Shown: one piece after another, positions 31,949 through 39,952 of the stretch | Layout of the letters: every line of letters begins with the position of its first letter | Position numbering within the stretch: position 1 is the first letter of the stretch | Source: Candidatus Doudnabacteria bacterium | Lineage (GTDB): Bacteria > Patescibacteriota > Doudnabacteria > UBA920 | DNA length: 46,384 bases | Assembly: GCA_963768175.1 (NCBI GenBank) | Contig: CAVYGQ010000002.1 | Coordinates: 146,284 to 192,667 of the forward strand | Direction: 5' to 3' | Translations under genes and position numbers: made by a program | Notes under the pieces: generated by a model | What the model saw: only the letters and a program-made list of their open reading frames with translations | Database searches by the model: none | Told to the model about the DNA's origin: nothing

Positions 31949-32149
31949 GAGATTCTTCCCCTTCGCTCCGCTCAGGGTCAGAATGACGCCGAGAAAATTT
32001 GAGATTCTTCCCCTTCACTTCGTTCAGGGTCAGAATGACGCCGAGAAAATTTGAGATTCTTCCCCTTCGCTCCGCTCAGGGTCAGAATGACGCCGAGAAA
32101 ATTTGAGATTCTTCCCCTTCGCTCCGCTCAGGGTCAGAATGACGCCGAG
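31949..32149. repeat. Tandem array of a 52-bp hairpin-forming unit (3 full copies plus 1 of 45 bp)
   Basis: Unit is gagattcttccccttcgctccgctcagggtcagaatgacgccgagaaaattt. Copies lie at 31949, 32001 (3 substitutions), 32053 and 32105. No spacers separate them. Confidence 0.9.
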
Positions 32150-32231
32150 CGGGATTATTACCCCCGTTTCGCTAAGTATCGGAATGAGTTGAGAGGAAAA
32201 AGGATGGCACCGGTGGCAGATATCCACACGC

Positions 32232-32260
32232 TTGTAATTTTTTTGGAAATCTGCTATAAT
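32232..32260 (+). promoter_or_regulatory. Sigma70-like promoter
   Basis: TTGTAA (32232-32237), 17 nt, TATAAT (32255-32260). Confidence 0.5.
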
Positions 32261-32303
32261 AAAGATACAAATTTAATAAAAAACCAGTAATAAATTCCCA
32301 AAT

Positions 32304-32807
32304 ATGACACAAAAAAAACAACTTATAATATTAGTTATCGTAATTTTAGCAATAGCCGTGTTCTGGGTTATTGTCCTTTACCCGCCCAAAAACCCGCCCA
32401 AAAACCAGAATGCTAATAATATGCCGGTTAAGGTTAAAACCGTTCCGCCGGAGATGCCGACTCCGGTTTACGCCCCGGCAGGGCAGGTGGTGTCCGGTTT
32501 CCCCCAAGACCTAATTTTGGACCCTAACGCCCAGGCGGCGCAAAGCTATGCCATAAATTACGCCACCAGCACCAAGCAGTACACCGTGGTATGGAATTCG
32601 GCGTCTTCCATGGATACCATGTATAAAAAGTATTTAGAGTACTTTAGCGCCAGTGCCAACGGCTGGCAGATTACCAATAAATTCACTACTTCCCCAACCG
32701 TGCACGGTCTTTACGCGACCCAGCCTTCGGCCCAGGTCAACGTGACTATAGAGGCGCAAAAGGCAGGATCCAAAGTTACGGTTGGCTACCTTTCGCTTTC
32801 GCAGTAA
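32304..32807 (+). CDS. N-anchored hypothetical protein
   Basis: 167 aa with TM LIILVIVILAIAVFWVIVLY. No family was recognised. Confidence 0.55.
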   Translation: MTQKKQLIILVIVILAIAVFWVIVLYPPKNPPKNQNANNMPVKVKTVPPEMPTPVYAPAGQVVSGFPQDLILDPNAQAAQSYAINYATSTKQYTVVWNSASSMDTMYKKYLEYFSASANGWQITNKFTTSPTVHGLYATQPSAQVNVTIEAQKAGSKVTVGYLSLSQ

Positions 32808-32824
32808 AAAAATAAGAGCCTGTC

Positions 32825-33187
32825 ATCCCGCACTTGATGCGGGATCTTTAGCCAAAATGAACCAATATTTTGTTTACATCTTGGCTAGTAAAAGGTATGG
32901 CGTATTGTATATCGGCGTAACAAACAATCTTAAGAAAAGAGTATGGGAACACAGAAATGCGGAAGTTAAAAGTTTTACCAAACGGTATTGGGTGCATAAA
33001 TTGGTATATTACGAGGAAACCAGTGACATTAATTCCGCTATTACCAGAGAAAAGCAATTGAAGAAATGGAAAAGACAGTTGAAAATTGAGTTAACTGGGA
33101 AATTTAATCCGGAGTGGAAAGATCTATATTTTGCCATTTGAATTTAAGATTCCCGCTTTCCTGCCTACCGCAGGCAGGCGCGGGAAT
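32825..33187. mobile_element. GIY-YIG cassette bounded by TCCCGC/GCGGGA-stem hairpins
   Basis: Left hairpin is ATCCCGCA-cttga-TGCGGGAT (32825-32845). Right hairpin is nested: ATTCCCGC...CTGCCT-accgc-AGGCAG...GCGGGAAT (33149-33187). Confidence 0.4.
32857..33141 (+). CDS. GIY-YIG nuclease family protein (small URI-domain type)
   Basis: MNQYFVYILASKRYGVLYIGVTNNLKKRVWEHRN ... REKQLKKW. The ORF-track ORF 32782 starts inside the upstream hairpin, so ATG 32857 is preferred. Confidence 0.8.
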   Translation: MNQYFVYILASKRYGVLYIGVTNNLKKRVWEHRNAEVKSFTKRYWVHKLVYYEETSDINSAITREKQLKKWKRQLKIELTGKFNPEWKDLYFAI

Positions 33188-33229
33188 GACAAAATTTAAT
33201 ATATAAAAACCAATTAAAAATTTAAATAT

Positions 33230-36200
33230 ATGGCACATTTGCACAAAGCTTTCAAAACAATGGCTAACAAGAAGGCATTTTTTGCGTTTGCGGCCGCGGT
33301 TTGCGCGTCCGCGGCGTTTTTGTACTTTTATCCCAAAGCCCAGCCTTCGTCCGCGGCCTCGGCTCCGACCATAAATTTTGTCGGCGGTAATTTTACCTGG
33401 CAGGACTGGAACAATTCAGGCAATTCTTACTACCAGCTCCCGGGTTATAATTTCCTGTTCCCCCAGCCTAATCAAAGGCTTGGTGGCGGCGCAGGCGACA
33501 GCGGCCTTATTATAAGAGGCAGTAATTTTACCGGCAGCGAAACCGTTACAATTGACGGGTCAACCGTCAGCGGAATTACTATATTTCCGCCATATGAAAT
33601 TGATTATAACAATATCGGTTCTTGGACGAGCGGCAGCACCCATAGCGTAACAGTTACCAACACCAACGGCACCGCGACTTCCGCGTTCACGGTTTTGATA
33701 CTTATAAATCCTTCAATAAATTTTGGTTCTATGGTTTATTCCTGGTCTTCAATTACCGGTGGGGTTTATTACTCATTGGAAAGAGGATCGTTTTGCACCG
33801 TAGTAGACAATAGGGATTCGTATAATAATATAATTGATGGGTGGAATTGCGATACGCCGGCCGCTACCACGTATCTTCCCTACATTCCGAGCGGCTGGAC
33901 TACTTATTACGGTAAAGCTACGGGGCATTTGTATGGCCCAGGATTTGGCTCGTGCACTTACCCCAATGGCGAGCAGCCGGGCAGCGGTTTTTCAGGATAT
34001 GCTGCTGGCGGTGTTTTTGGAAGCAGCCCGTCCCCAAGCCCGTCCCCCAACCAGTATTTTAGTAATCTTACGGTTAATCCCAGCAACCTTGTAACAAGCC
34101 TTACCGATATCGGCAATGGCATAAATTGTTCCGGGGGTTATACTCTTGACGGCACTTTTAATCTGACGGCTTGCCAGCCCGGCTATACCGCCACTGGCGA
34201 CGGCATATGCACGGCACAGACAGGAACGGTTGGTATTGTTTCAGGTGGTATTGCTTCAGATGGTATTGGTTCAGGAATTTACGCACCCAACAGTGTAGCC
34301 AACAACGATCCGGTTCCGGCTGATTGGACTATCACCGGCCCATCCAGCAACCTAACTGATGGCACTTCTTGCCTTACTTCGGCGTCTTATCCCAATTCTA
34401 TAGCAGGGGTGTATGACTTGACGTCACTTACGGCGTGCAATCCCGCATACTTTACTTTGGATTCGGTAAAAGAGCAAGTCGCCGTCAAGGAAGATTCTGG
34501 TCTGCTGGCGTATATCAAGAGCCTTATTTTCCCTATCGCAAATGCGTTCCAATTTAACGACGGCTTAACCGCAGTGCGAACATTGCTTGCCAACGGCAGC
34601 ATTTTATACCATATTGGATGGACTCCGCTGGCAAACCTGGGGGTAAGTCCCAGTACGTTAAGCTTTGTGCCGTCAAGCGGCAGCGCGACAATCACAGTAG
34701 CAAATACCGGCGCTCCCGGGTCTACCTTGGCTTGGAGCGTTAGCGGTATACCGTCTTGGCTTTTGTTATCTGCGTCGTCAGGACAAATTATTAATGGGCA
34801 TGCGACAGGCGGGACATCGCCCGTAACGGTTTCCCTGCAAAACATACCAGTAGCGCCGGGCATATATACCGCGACTTTAACATTTTCCGGTAAACAAGTA
34901 GACAACGGCAACACCGACACTTCTCCTAAAACTATTCCCGTTACCGTGACGCTTGTTGTCCCCGGCAGTATTCTGGTCAGCTCCGTTGATTTTGGCACCG
35001 GCGGAGGCATTGTTGACTCCAGCGGGTGGACGCTTTCGGGAAACGGTTCGCAGAGCAATACAGGCCTGCAACAGTTAACCTATAACAGCGAGCCCGCGGG
35101 CAATTACACGCTTACGCAAAACTCCCCGGCGCCAACCGGCTATGCGTTCCACGATATTTATTGGGGAGCGAGCGGGCCGGTTACCAGCGGCATAACCTTG
35201 CCGAAGACAAGCAGTTCCGTAGCTTTGCCGGCCGGCGGGTCAGGCCAGTTTTATATCAGGTGGGACCATTCCCATATTGTAACCCCCTCAAGCTGTTTGA
35301 CTTTTACCGCTTATTCCGGCGGCGCTACCCCGGCTTCCCAGCCCTTTAATCTTGCCAATGCCGCTAGCCCCACTGCTACTATTCCTTTGAACTGGGCCGG
35401 CACCACCAGCCAACCGGGCTGGTGCACCATTAGTCCGACCTCGGGCACCTTGGCAACGGGAGCAAACAGTAATGTTTCTGTGTCCGTGGGCGCCCCGTCC
35501 AATACGGGAAATCTGACCTGCAATATCTCTATTACCGACCCCACCGCCGACAACAGCCCCCAGACCGTCCAGGTGTGTTACAATGTCAGCTCGGTTGCCT
35601 GCGGCACTGCCAATAAAACCTATCTCTATACGGACAGCAGCTACGGCAGCGATACCTTTTGTAACCCTACCATTGTTCCTTCCATCCCTGTTTCTCCGGC
35701 TTTTCCCGCCCAGGGGGCGACTACCACCTGGACCTGCGGCGCCGGCACGGGTTTGGTTAATTGCGCGGCACACAGGAACAACCCGCCTCCCCCCATTTGT
35801 TCCATCAATTCCGGAAGCAGCTTAACTATTCCTTTCTCCGCTACCTTGGGTTCCAACCCCAGCCCCAACACCGGGTCATTCACCATCAATAATACCGGCG
35901 GTCAAGCGTTGCACTGGAGTGTGGCAACATCAACGACTTCCGGCGGCGCCTGGTTTTCCGTAGCTCCTGCCAGCGGGACCGCTGCGGCCGGAAGCTCCCC
36001 GACTCTTACCGTGACGGTTGCCAGCAGCGCTTTGGCCGTAGGCACTTACAACGGCACCATTACCATCAGCGACAGCGACGGGGTTACCTGTTCTGTTTCA
36101 ACCGTTAGTGTTACCTTAAACGTAAATACCGCCCCTTGCACCCCTCCGAGTTACAAATCCGCTTACTCCGGCTTTGCCACCACCGCTTCCGGCCCGACCG

Positions 36201-39200
36201 GTTCTACCCTGACCGTTACCCCCAGCCAGACTTTTTACGCTTATGTTGATTTCAACTTGGCCAACACGGACTCCATCCAGGCTCCGAATTCCGGCAGCAA
36301 CGTCTGCACTTTTCAAGCTTTTATGTCCGGCAGCAGCGGCACCAGCATGGCCAGGTTTATATGTACGGCCCCCGCGGCGGCAAATACGTACACTTACGTA
36401 ACCGGCACCAACAATTATCCCGCCGGCAGCAACGTTTGCGCCAGCTCGCAAACCCTTGGCACGGTGACGGTAGTTAATCCACCTATTTGTTCCATTAACT
36501 CCGGAAGCAGCTTAACTATTCCTTTTTCCGCTACCTTGGGTTCCAACCCCAGCCCCAACACCGGGTCATTCACCATCAATAATACCGGCGGTCAAGCGTT
36601 GCACTGGAGTGTGGCAACATCAACGACTTCCGGCGGCGCCTGGTTTTCCGTAGCTCCTGCCAGCGGGACCGCTGCGGCCGGAAGCTCCCCAACTCTTACC
36701 GTGACGGTTGCCAGCAGCGCTTTGGCCGTAGGCACTTACAACGGCACCATTACCGTCAGCGACAGCGACGGGGTTACCTGTTCTGTTTCAACCGTCAGTG
36801 TTACCTTAAACGTAACTGCTGTAGCTTGCACCAATTTAAATTACAAATCCGCTTACTCCGGCTTTGCCACTTCCGCTTCCGGCCCGACCGGCTCTACCCT
36901 GACCGTTACCCCCAGCCAAACCTTTTACGCTTTTGTTGATTATGGCCAGAACAACATTGACTCCATCCAGGCTCCGAATTCCGGCAGCAATGTTTGTGTC
37001 TTTAGCAACTGGCTAACCGGCAGTACCGGCGGCAACAGCATGGCCGTGTTTACATGTACGGCCCCTGCGACGCCGAATACGTACACTTACGTTACCGGCA
37101 CCAACAGCGGTACCACTTCCAACACCTGCGCCAGCGGCCCGAGGACAATGGGCACGGTGACGGTGCAAGGCGGCCCTTACACGCTTAATGTTCTTTTATC
37201 CGGCAGCGGTTCCGGTACGGTAACCAGCAATCCCTCGGGAATCAACTGTGGCTCAACGTGTTCGGCAAGCTTTACTTCGGGCACATCCGTAACCCTTACC
37301 GAAGCCCCCGGCGGCAGTTCTACCTTTGCTGGCTGGTCGGGCGATTGTTCGGGTTCGGCGACAACCTGCACGGTTACTATGAGCGCCGCTAAAAACGTGA
37401 CCGCGACGTTCAATACGAGCGGCAGTTCTTACGCGCTTACTGTTACCGATGCCGGCAGCGGTTCCGGTACGGTAACCAGCAATCCCTCGGGAATCAACTG
37501 TGGCTCAACGTGTTCGGCAAGCTTTACTTCGGGCACATCCGTAACGCTTACCGAAGCCCCCGGCGGCAGTTCTACCTTTGCTGGCTGGTCGGGCGATTGT
37601 TCGGGTTCGGCGACAACCTGCACGGTTACTATGAGCGCCGCTAAAAACGTGACCGCGACGTTCAATACGAGCGGCGGCGGCCCTTACACGCTTAATGTTC
37701 TTTTATCCGGCAGCGGTTCCGGTACGGTAACCAGCAATCCCGCGGGAATCAACTGCGGTTCAACGTGTTCGGCAAGCTTTACTTCGGGCACATCCGTAAC
37801 CCTTACCGAAGCCCCCGGCGGCAGTTCTACCTTTGCTGGCTGGTCGGGCGATTGTTCGGGTTCGGCGACAACCTGCACGGTTACTATGAGCGCCGCCCAT
37901 AACGCGACAGCGACGTTTAATCCAAGCGGCGGTTCTTGCACGCCCGGCGCTTATTCCCAGACCGTAATCAGCGATGCCAGCAACTTATTTAACAGCAGTC
38001 TTTACGGGAACGGTTCGGCAATAGTTCTCACGCCACTCCCTAACCCTCCTTGGACAAGAATTACGGGAGCCAACTGGATTTGGGATAACAGTGAAGGTGT
38101 CCCTCCGGCTTCATATGCCAACGACACACCCGCAGAGGACGTAAACTTTGCCAAAACCTTTACCATCCCTGCCACTACCGCGTCCTTAAGCGGCACCATG
38201 ACGGTAGCGGCCGATAACCTGTTTAAGTGTACGCTTAACGGAACAACGCTGCCTTTTAATGTTAACGCCGGCAACGGATTTACCAATGGGACTCTAGGTT
38301 CCGGCACAAGCACAACGGTGTCCAGTTTTTTGCAAACCGGAATAAATACTCTAAGCTGTGTCGCCGAAAATGCTACCGGTACACCGCCTAATCCCGCGGG
38401 TTTTATTTACAAGTTAGGCGTGTCAGGCACCACGACTTGCCCCAGCGGCAGCGGCCCTACTACGGTGACCTTAAGTAATAATACCTGTAACCAGATTAAC
38501 TTGAGCTGGACTACTTTGGGCGCCGGTTATACCTATAATGTTTACCGCAGCGCCAGCAACAGTTTTAGCAGCGCCAGCAAATTGACCGGCTCCGTTATAT
38601 CGGGTTTGACTTACACCGATACCACGGCTGTGGTCGGCCAGTTTTACTATTATTGGGTTACGGGCATCACCGGCGGCGTGGAGACTAACCCTACGGCCGG
38701 AGGCCCGACTCCTCCCATTAGCCCGGTAGCTTGCGTGGCCAACTTAGGCGATTCGGACAAAGACATTGTGTCCGTTAACGGCACAGCGGAAGCCGCCAGC
38801 GCCTGTAATTCTTTTACAGACCCGTTGCCGGCCAACACCACCTTAAATATTGGCGACAACCTGGGTTTTCAGATTAACCTTTGCAATGACCAGGGCCAGG
38901 CCACGACAACCAGCATTACGGTTACGGACACGATGGTAAATTTGCAGATGCCGTCTGCGGGATGGCAGGCCAAGTATACCGTCGGCAGTGTCGTTACGCC
39001 CTTGACTTACGACGGAACCGTTAACAGCGGGTCTGCGAACCATTATTATGTTTCCGGTACCGCGCCAAACCAGACTTTGACCTTTAATCTCACCAAGACC
39101 GCGGACAACATTGCCGCCGGTGCCATAGCTAACCTGACTTTTACGGCCCAGCTTACGGTTCCCAGCGGCACCACCGCGACCCAAAGCCGTTTCCAGAATA

Positions 39201-39313
39201 CCTTTAACATAAGTTATAACGGCGGCGGCGGCGGGTCAAACCTGAGCAGGTCTACGCCCTGGTTGCCTTTTTACACAGGTAACGGCAACCCCAGCATTAT
39301 TGAGGTGCCGTAA
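33230..39313 (+). CDS. 2027-aa N-anchored giant surface protein (BACON-like, InlB-B-repeat-like, FN3-like and other beta domains)
   Basis: Anchor AFFAFAAAVCASAAFLYF. BACON-like segments read GSFTINNTGGQALHWSVATSTTSGGAWFSVAPASG...GTYNGTITISD. There are 3 x 84-aa units (GSGSGTVTSNPSGINCGSTCSASFTSGTSVTLTEAPGGSSTFAGWSGDC). The FN3-like segment reads INLSWTTLGAGYTYNVYRS. Confidence 0.85.
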   Translation: MAHLHKAFKTMANKKAFFAFAAAVCASAAFLYFYPKAQPSSAASAPTINFVGGNFTWQDWNNSGNSYYQLPGYNFLFPQPNQRLGGGAGDSGLIIRGSNFTGSETVTIDGSTVSGITIFPPYEIDYNNIGSWTSGSTHSVTVTNTNGTATSAFTVLILINPSINFGSMVYSWSSITGGVYYSLERGSFCTVVDNRDSYNNIIDGWNCDTPAATTYLPYIPSGWTTYYGKATGHLYGPGFGSCTYPNGEQPGSGFSGYAAGGVFGSSPSPSPSPNQYFSNLTVNPSNLVTSLTDIGNGINCSGGYTLDGTFNLTACQPGYTATGDGICTAQTGTVGIVSGGIASDGIGSGIYAPNSVANNDPVPADWTITGPSSNLTDGTSCLTSASYPNSIAGVYDLTSLTACNPAYFTLDSVKEQVAVKEDSGLLAYIKSLIFPIANAFQFNDGLTAVRTLLANGSILYHIGWTPLANLGVSPSTLSFVPSSGSATITVANTGAPGSTLAWSVSGIPSWLLLSASSGQIINGHATGGTSPVTVSLQNIPVAPGIYTATLTFSGKQVDNGNTDTSPKTIPVTVTLVVPGSILVSSVDFGTGGGIVDSSGWTLSGNGSQSNTGLQQLTYNSEPAGNYTLTQNSPAPTGYAFHDIYWGASGPVTSGITLPKTSSSVALPAGGSGQFYIRWDHSHIVTPSSCLTFTAYSGGATPASQPFNLANAASPTATIPLNWAGTTSQPGWCTISPTSGTLATGANSNVSVSVGAPSNTGNLTCNISITDPTADNSPQTVQVCYNVSSVACGTANKTYLYTDSSYGSDTFCNPTIVPSIPVSPAFPAQGATTTWTCGAGTGLVNCAAHRNNPPPPICSINSGSSLTIPFSATLGSNPSPNTGSFTINNTGGQALHWSVATSTTSGGAWFSVAPASGTAAAGSSPTLTVTVASSALAVGTYNGTITISDSDGVTCSVSTVSVTLNVNTAPCTPPSYKSAYSGFATTASGPTGSTLTVTPSQTFYAYVDFNLANTDSIQAPNSGSNVCTFQAFMSGSSGTSMARFICTAPAAANTYTYVTGTNNYPAGSNVCASSQTLGTVTVVNPPICSINSGSSLTIPFSATLGSNPSPNTGSFTINNTGGQALHWSVATSTTSGGAWFSVAPASGTAAAGSSPTLTVTVASSALAVGTYNGTITVSDSDGVTCSVSTVSVTLNVTAVACTNLNYKSAYSGFATSASGPTGSTLTVTPSQTFYAFVDYGQNNIDSIQAPNSGSNVCVFSNWLTGSTGGNSMAVFTCTAPATPNTYTYVTGTNSGTTSNTCASGPRTMGTVTVQGGPYTLNVLLSGSGSGTVTSNPSGINCGSTCSASFTSGTSVTLTEAPGGSSTFAGWSGDCSGSATTCTVTMSAAKNVTATFNTSGSSYALTVTDAGSGSGTVTSNPSGINCGSTCSASFTSGTSVTLTEAPGGSSTFAGWSGDCSGSATTCTVTMSAAKNVTATFNTSGGGPYTLNVLLSGSGSGTVTSNPAGINCGSTCSASFTSGTSVTLTEAPGGSSTFAGWSGDCSGSATTCTVTMSAAHNATATFNPSGGSCTPGAYSQTVISDASNLFNSSLYGNGSAIVLTPLPNPPWTRITGANWIWDNSEGVPPASYANDTPAEDVNFAKTFTIPATTASLSGTMTVAADNLFKCTLNGTTLPFNVNAGNGFTNGTLGSGTSTTVSSFLQTGINTLSCVAENATGTPPNPAGFIYKLGVSGTTTCPSGSGPTTVTLSNNTCNQINLSWTTLGAGYTYNVYRSASNSFSSASKLTGSVISGLTYTDTTAVVGQFYYYWVTGITGGVETNPTAGGPTPPISPVACVANLGDSDKDIVSVNGTAEAASACNSFTDPLPANTTLNIGDNLGFQINLCNDQGQATTTSITVTDTMVNLQMPSAGWQAKYTVGSVVTPLTYDGTVNSGSANHYYVSGTAPNQTLTFNLTKTADNIAAGAIANLTFTAQLTVPSGTTATQSRFQNTFNISYNGGGGGSNLSRSTPWLPFYTGNGNPSIIEVP
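35795..37175 (+). repeat. 690-bp coding tandem duplication with mosaic identity
   Basis: The first ~330 bp of each copy differ at only about 6 positions (counted by eye). The remaining ~360 bp are clearly diverged with indels. Confidence 0.85.
37177..37935 (+). repeat. Three ~252-bp near-identical coding tandem repeats
   Basis: The antisense shadow ORFs 37177..37413, 37429..37665 and 37684..37941 have near-identical sequences. Direct reading agrees. Confidence 0.9.
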
Positions 39314-39321
39314 AATAATCA

Positions 39322-39360
39322 ACAAAGAGACTCTTTGCGCAGCGCAAAGAGTCTCTTTGT
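39322..39360. terminator. Bidirectional hairpin between convergent genes
   Basis: 19-bp perfect arms ACAAAGAGACTCTTTGCGC-a-GCGCAAAGAGTCTCTTTGT. Confidence 0.7.
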
Positions 39361-39364
39361 ATTA

Positions 39365-39868
39365 TTAAGGGCGTTTTTTTGCAAACCAAAAAATTATCAG
39401 TATGGCCAAAACCAGAGCGGCGGCCGCGTAAAGGATTATTGGGGTTAAATTATTTTTTGGCGCCGGGAAAAAAGCAATTGTCACCGGCAGTTTTACGCCC
39501 GCGCCGACGCCGAGTTCGGAAGCGGCCAGCGGCCGGCTGATTACGGAAAGATTTGTGCCAAGCAGTTGGCTGCCGTTTTGCGGCAGGTCTTTTGGAGCCA
39601 CGGTTATTATTATGGTTTTTCTCGTTCCCGCTTCCAAAGTTACGCTTTCCGGATTGGCGGAAATCGCGCTTTGGAAATCGTCAGCCGATATTTCAAAAAG
39701 CTGGACGTTGGCCGTGGGATTGGCCACGACTATCGTTGCGGAGGCAGGTTTGCCGTCGCTTATGTTAAATTCCAGCTTGGCCGGGGAAACCTGGATGCCG
39801 GCGGCTAGGGCGGTGGTTAATGGAAATGCTAAGGCCGATAATAAGAGAGGGATATATTTGGTATTCAT
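39365..39868 (-). CDS. Secreted PapD/MSP-like beta-sandwich protein with C-terminal TM anchor
   Basis: Signal MNTKYIPLLLSALAFPLTTALA. Body reads IQVSPAKLEFNISDGKPASATIVVANPTANVQLFEIS...TRKTIIITV. C-terminal anchor IILYAAAALVLAILIIFWFAKKRP. ATG 39868 is preferred to 39904. Confidence 0.6.
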   Translation of the reverse strand: MNTKYIPLLLSALAFPLTTALAAGIQVSPAKLEFNISDGKPASATIVVANPTANVQLFEISADDFQSAISANPESVTLEAGTRKTIIITVAPKDLPQNGSQLLGTNLSVISRPLAASELGVGAGVKLPVTIAFFPAPKNNLTPIILYAAAALVLAILIIFWFAKKRP

Positions 39869-39952
39869 AGATTCTTCCAAAATTTTTAATTTTATAATTT
39901 TCAATTTTTAAACAATTTTTGATGATTTAATTTGAAAATTATAAATTGAAAA

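Noticed and set aside
31949-32149. The 52-bp repeats considered as a CRISPR array.
   Set aside because: The units are directly adjacent with no spacers, the unit is too long, and there are no cas genes. It is a plain tandem repeat.
35795-37935. Near-identical repeats in the giant gene considered as a DGR template/variable repeat pair.
   Set aside because: The differences between copies are not adenine-specific (c/t, g/a and t/c changes were seen). No reverse transcriptase gene is in the window.
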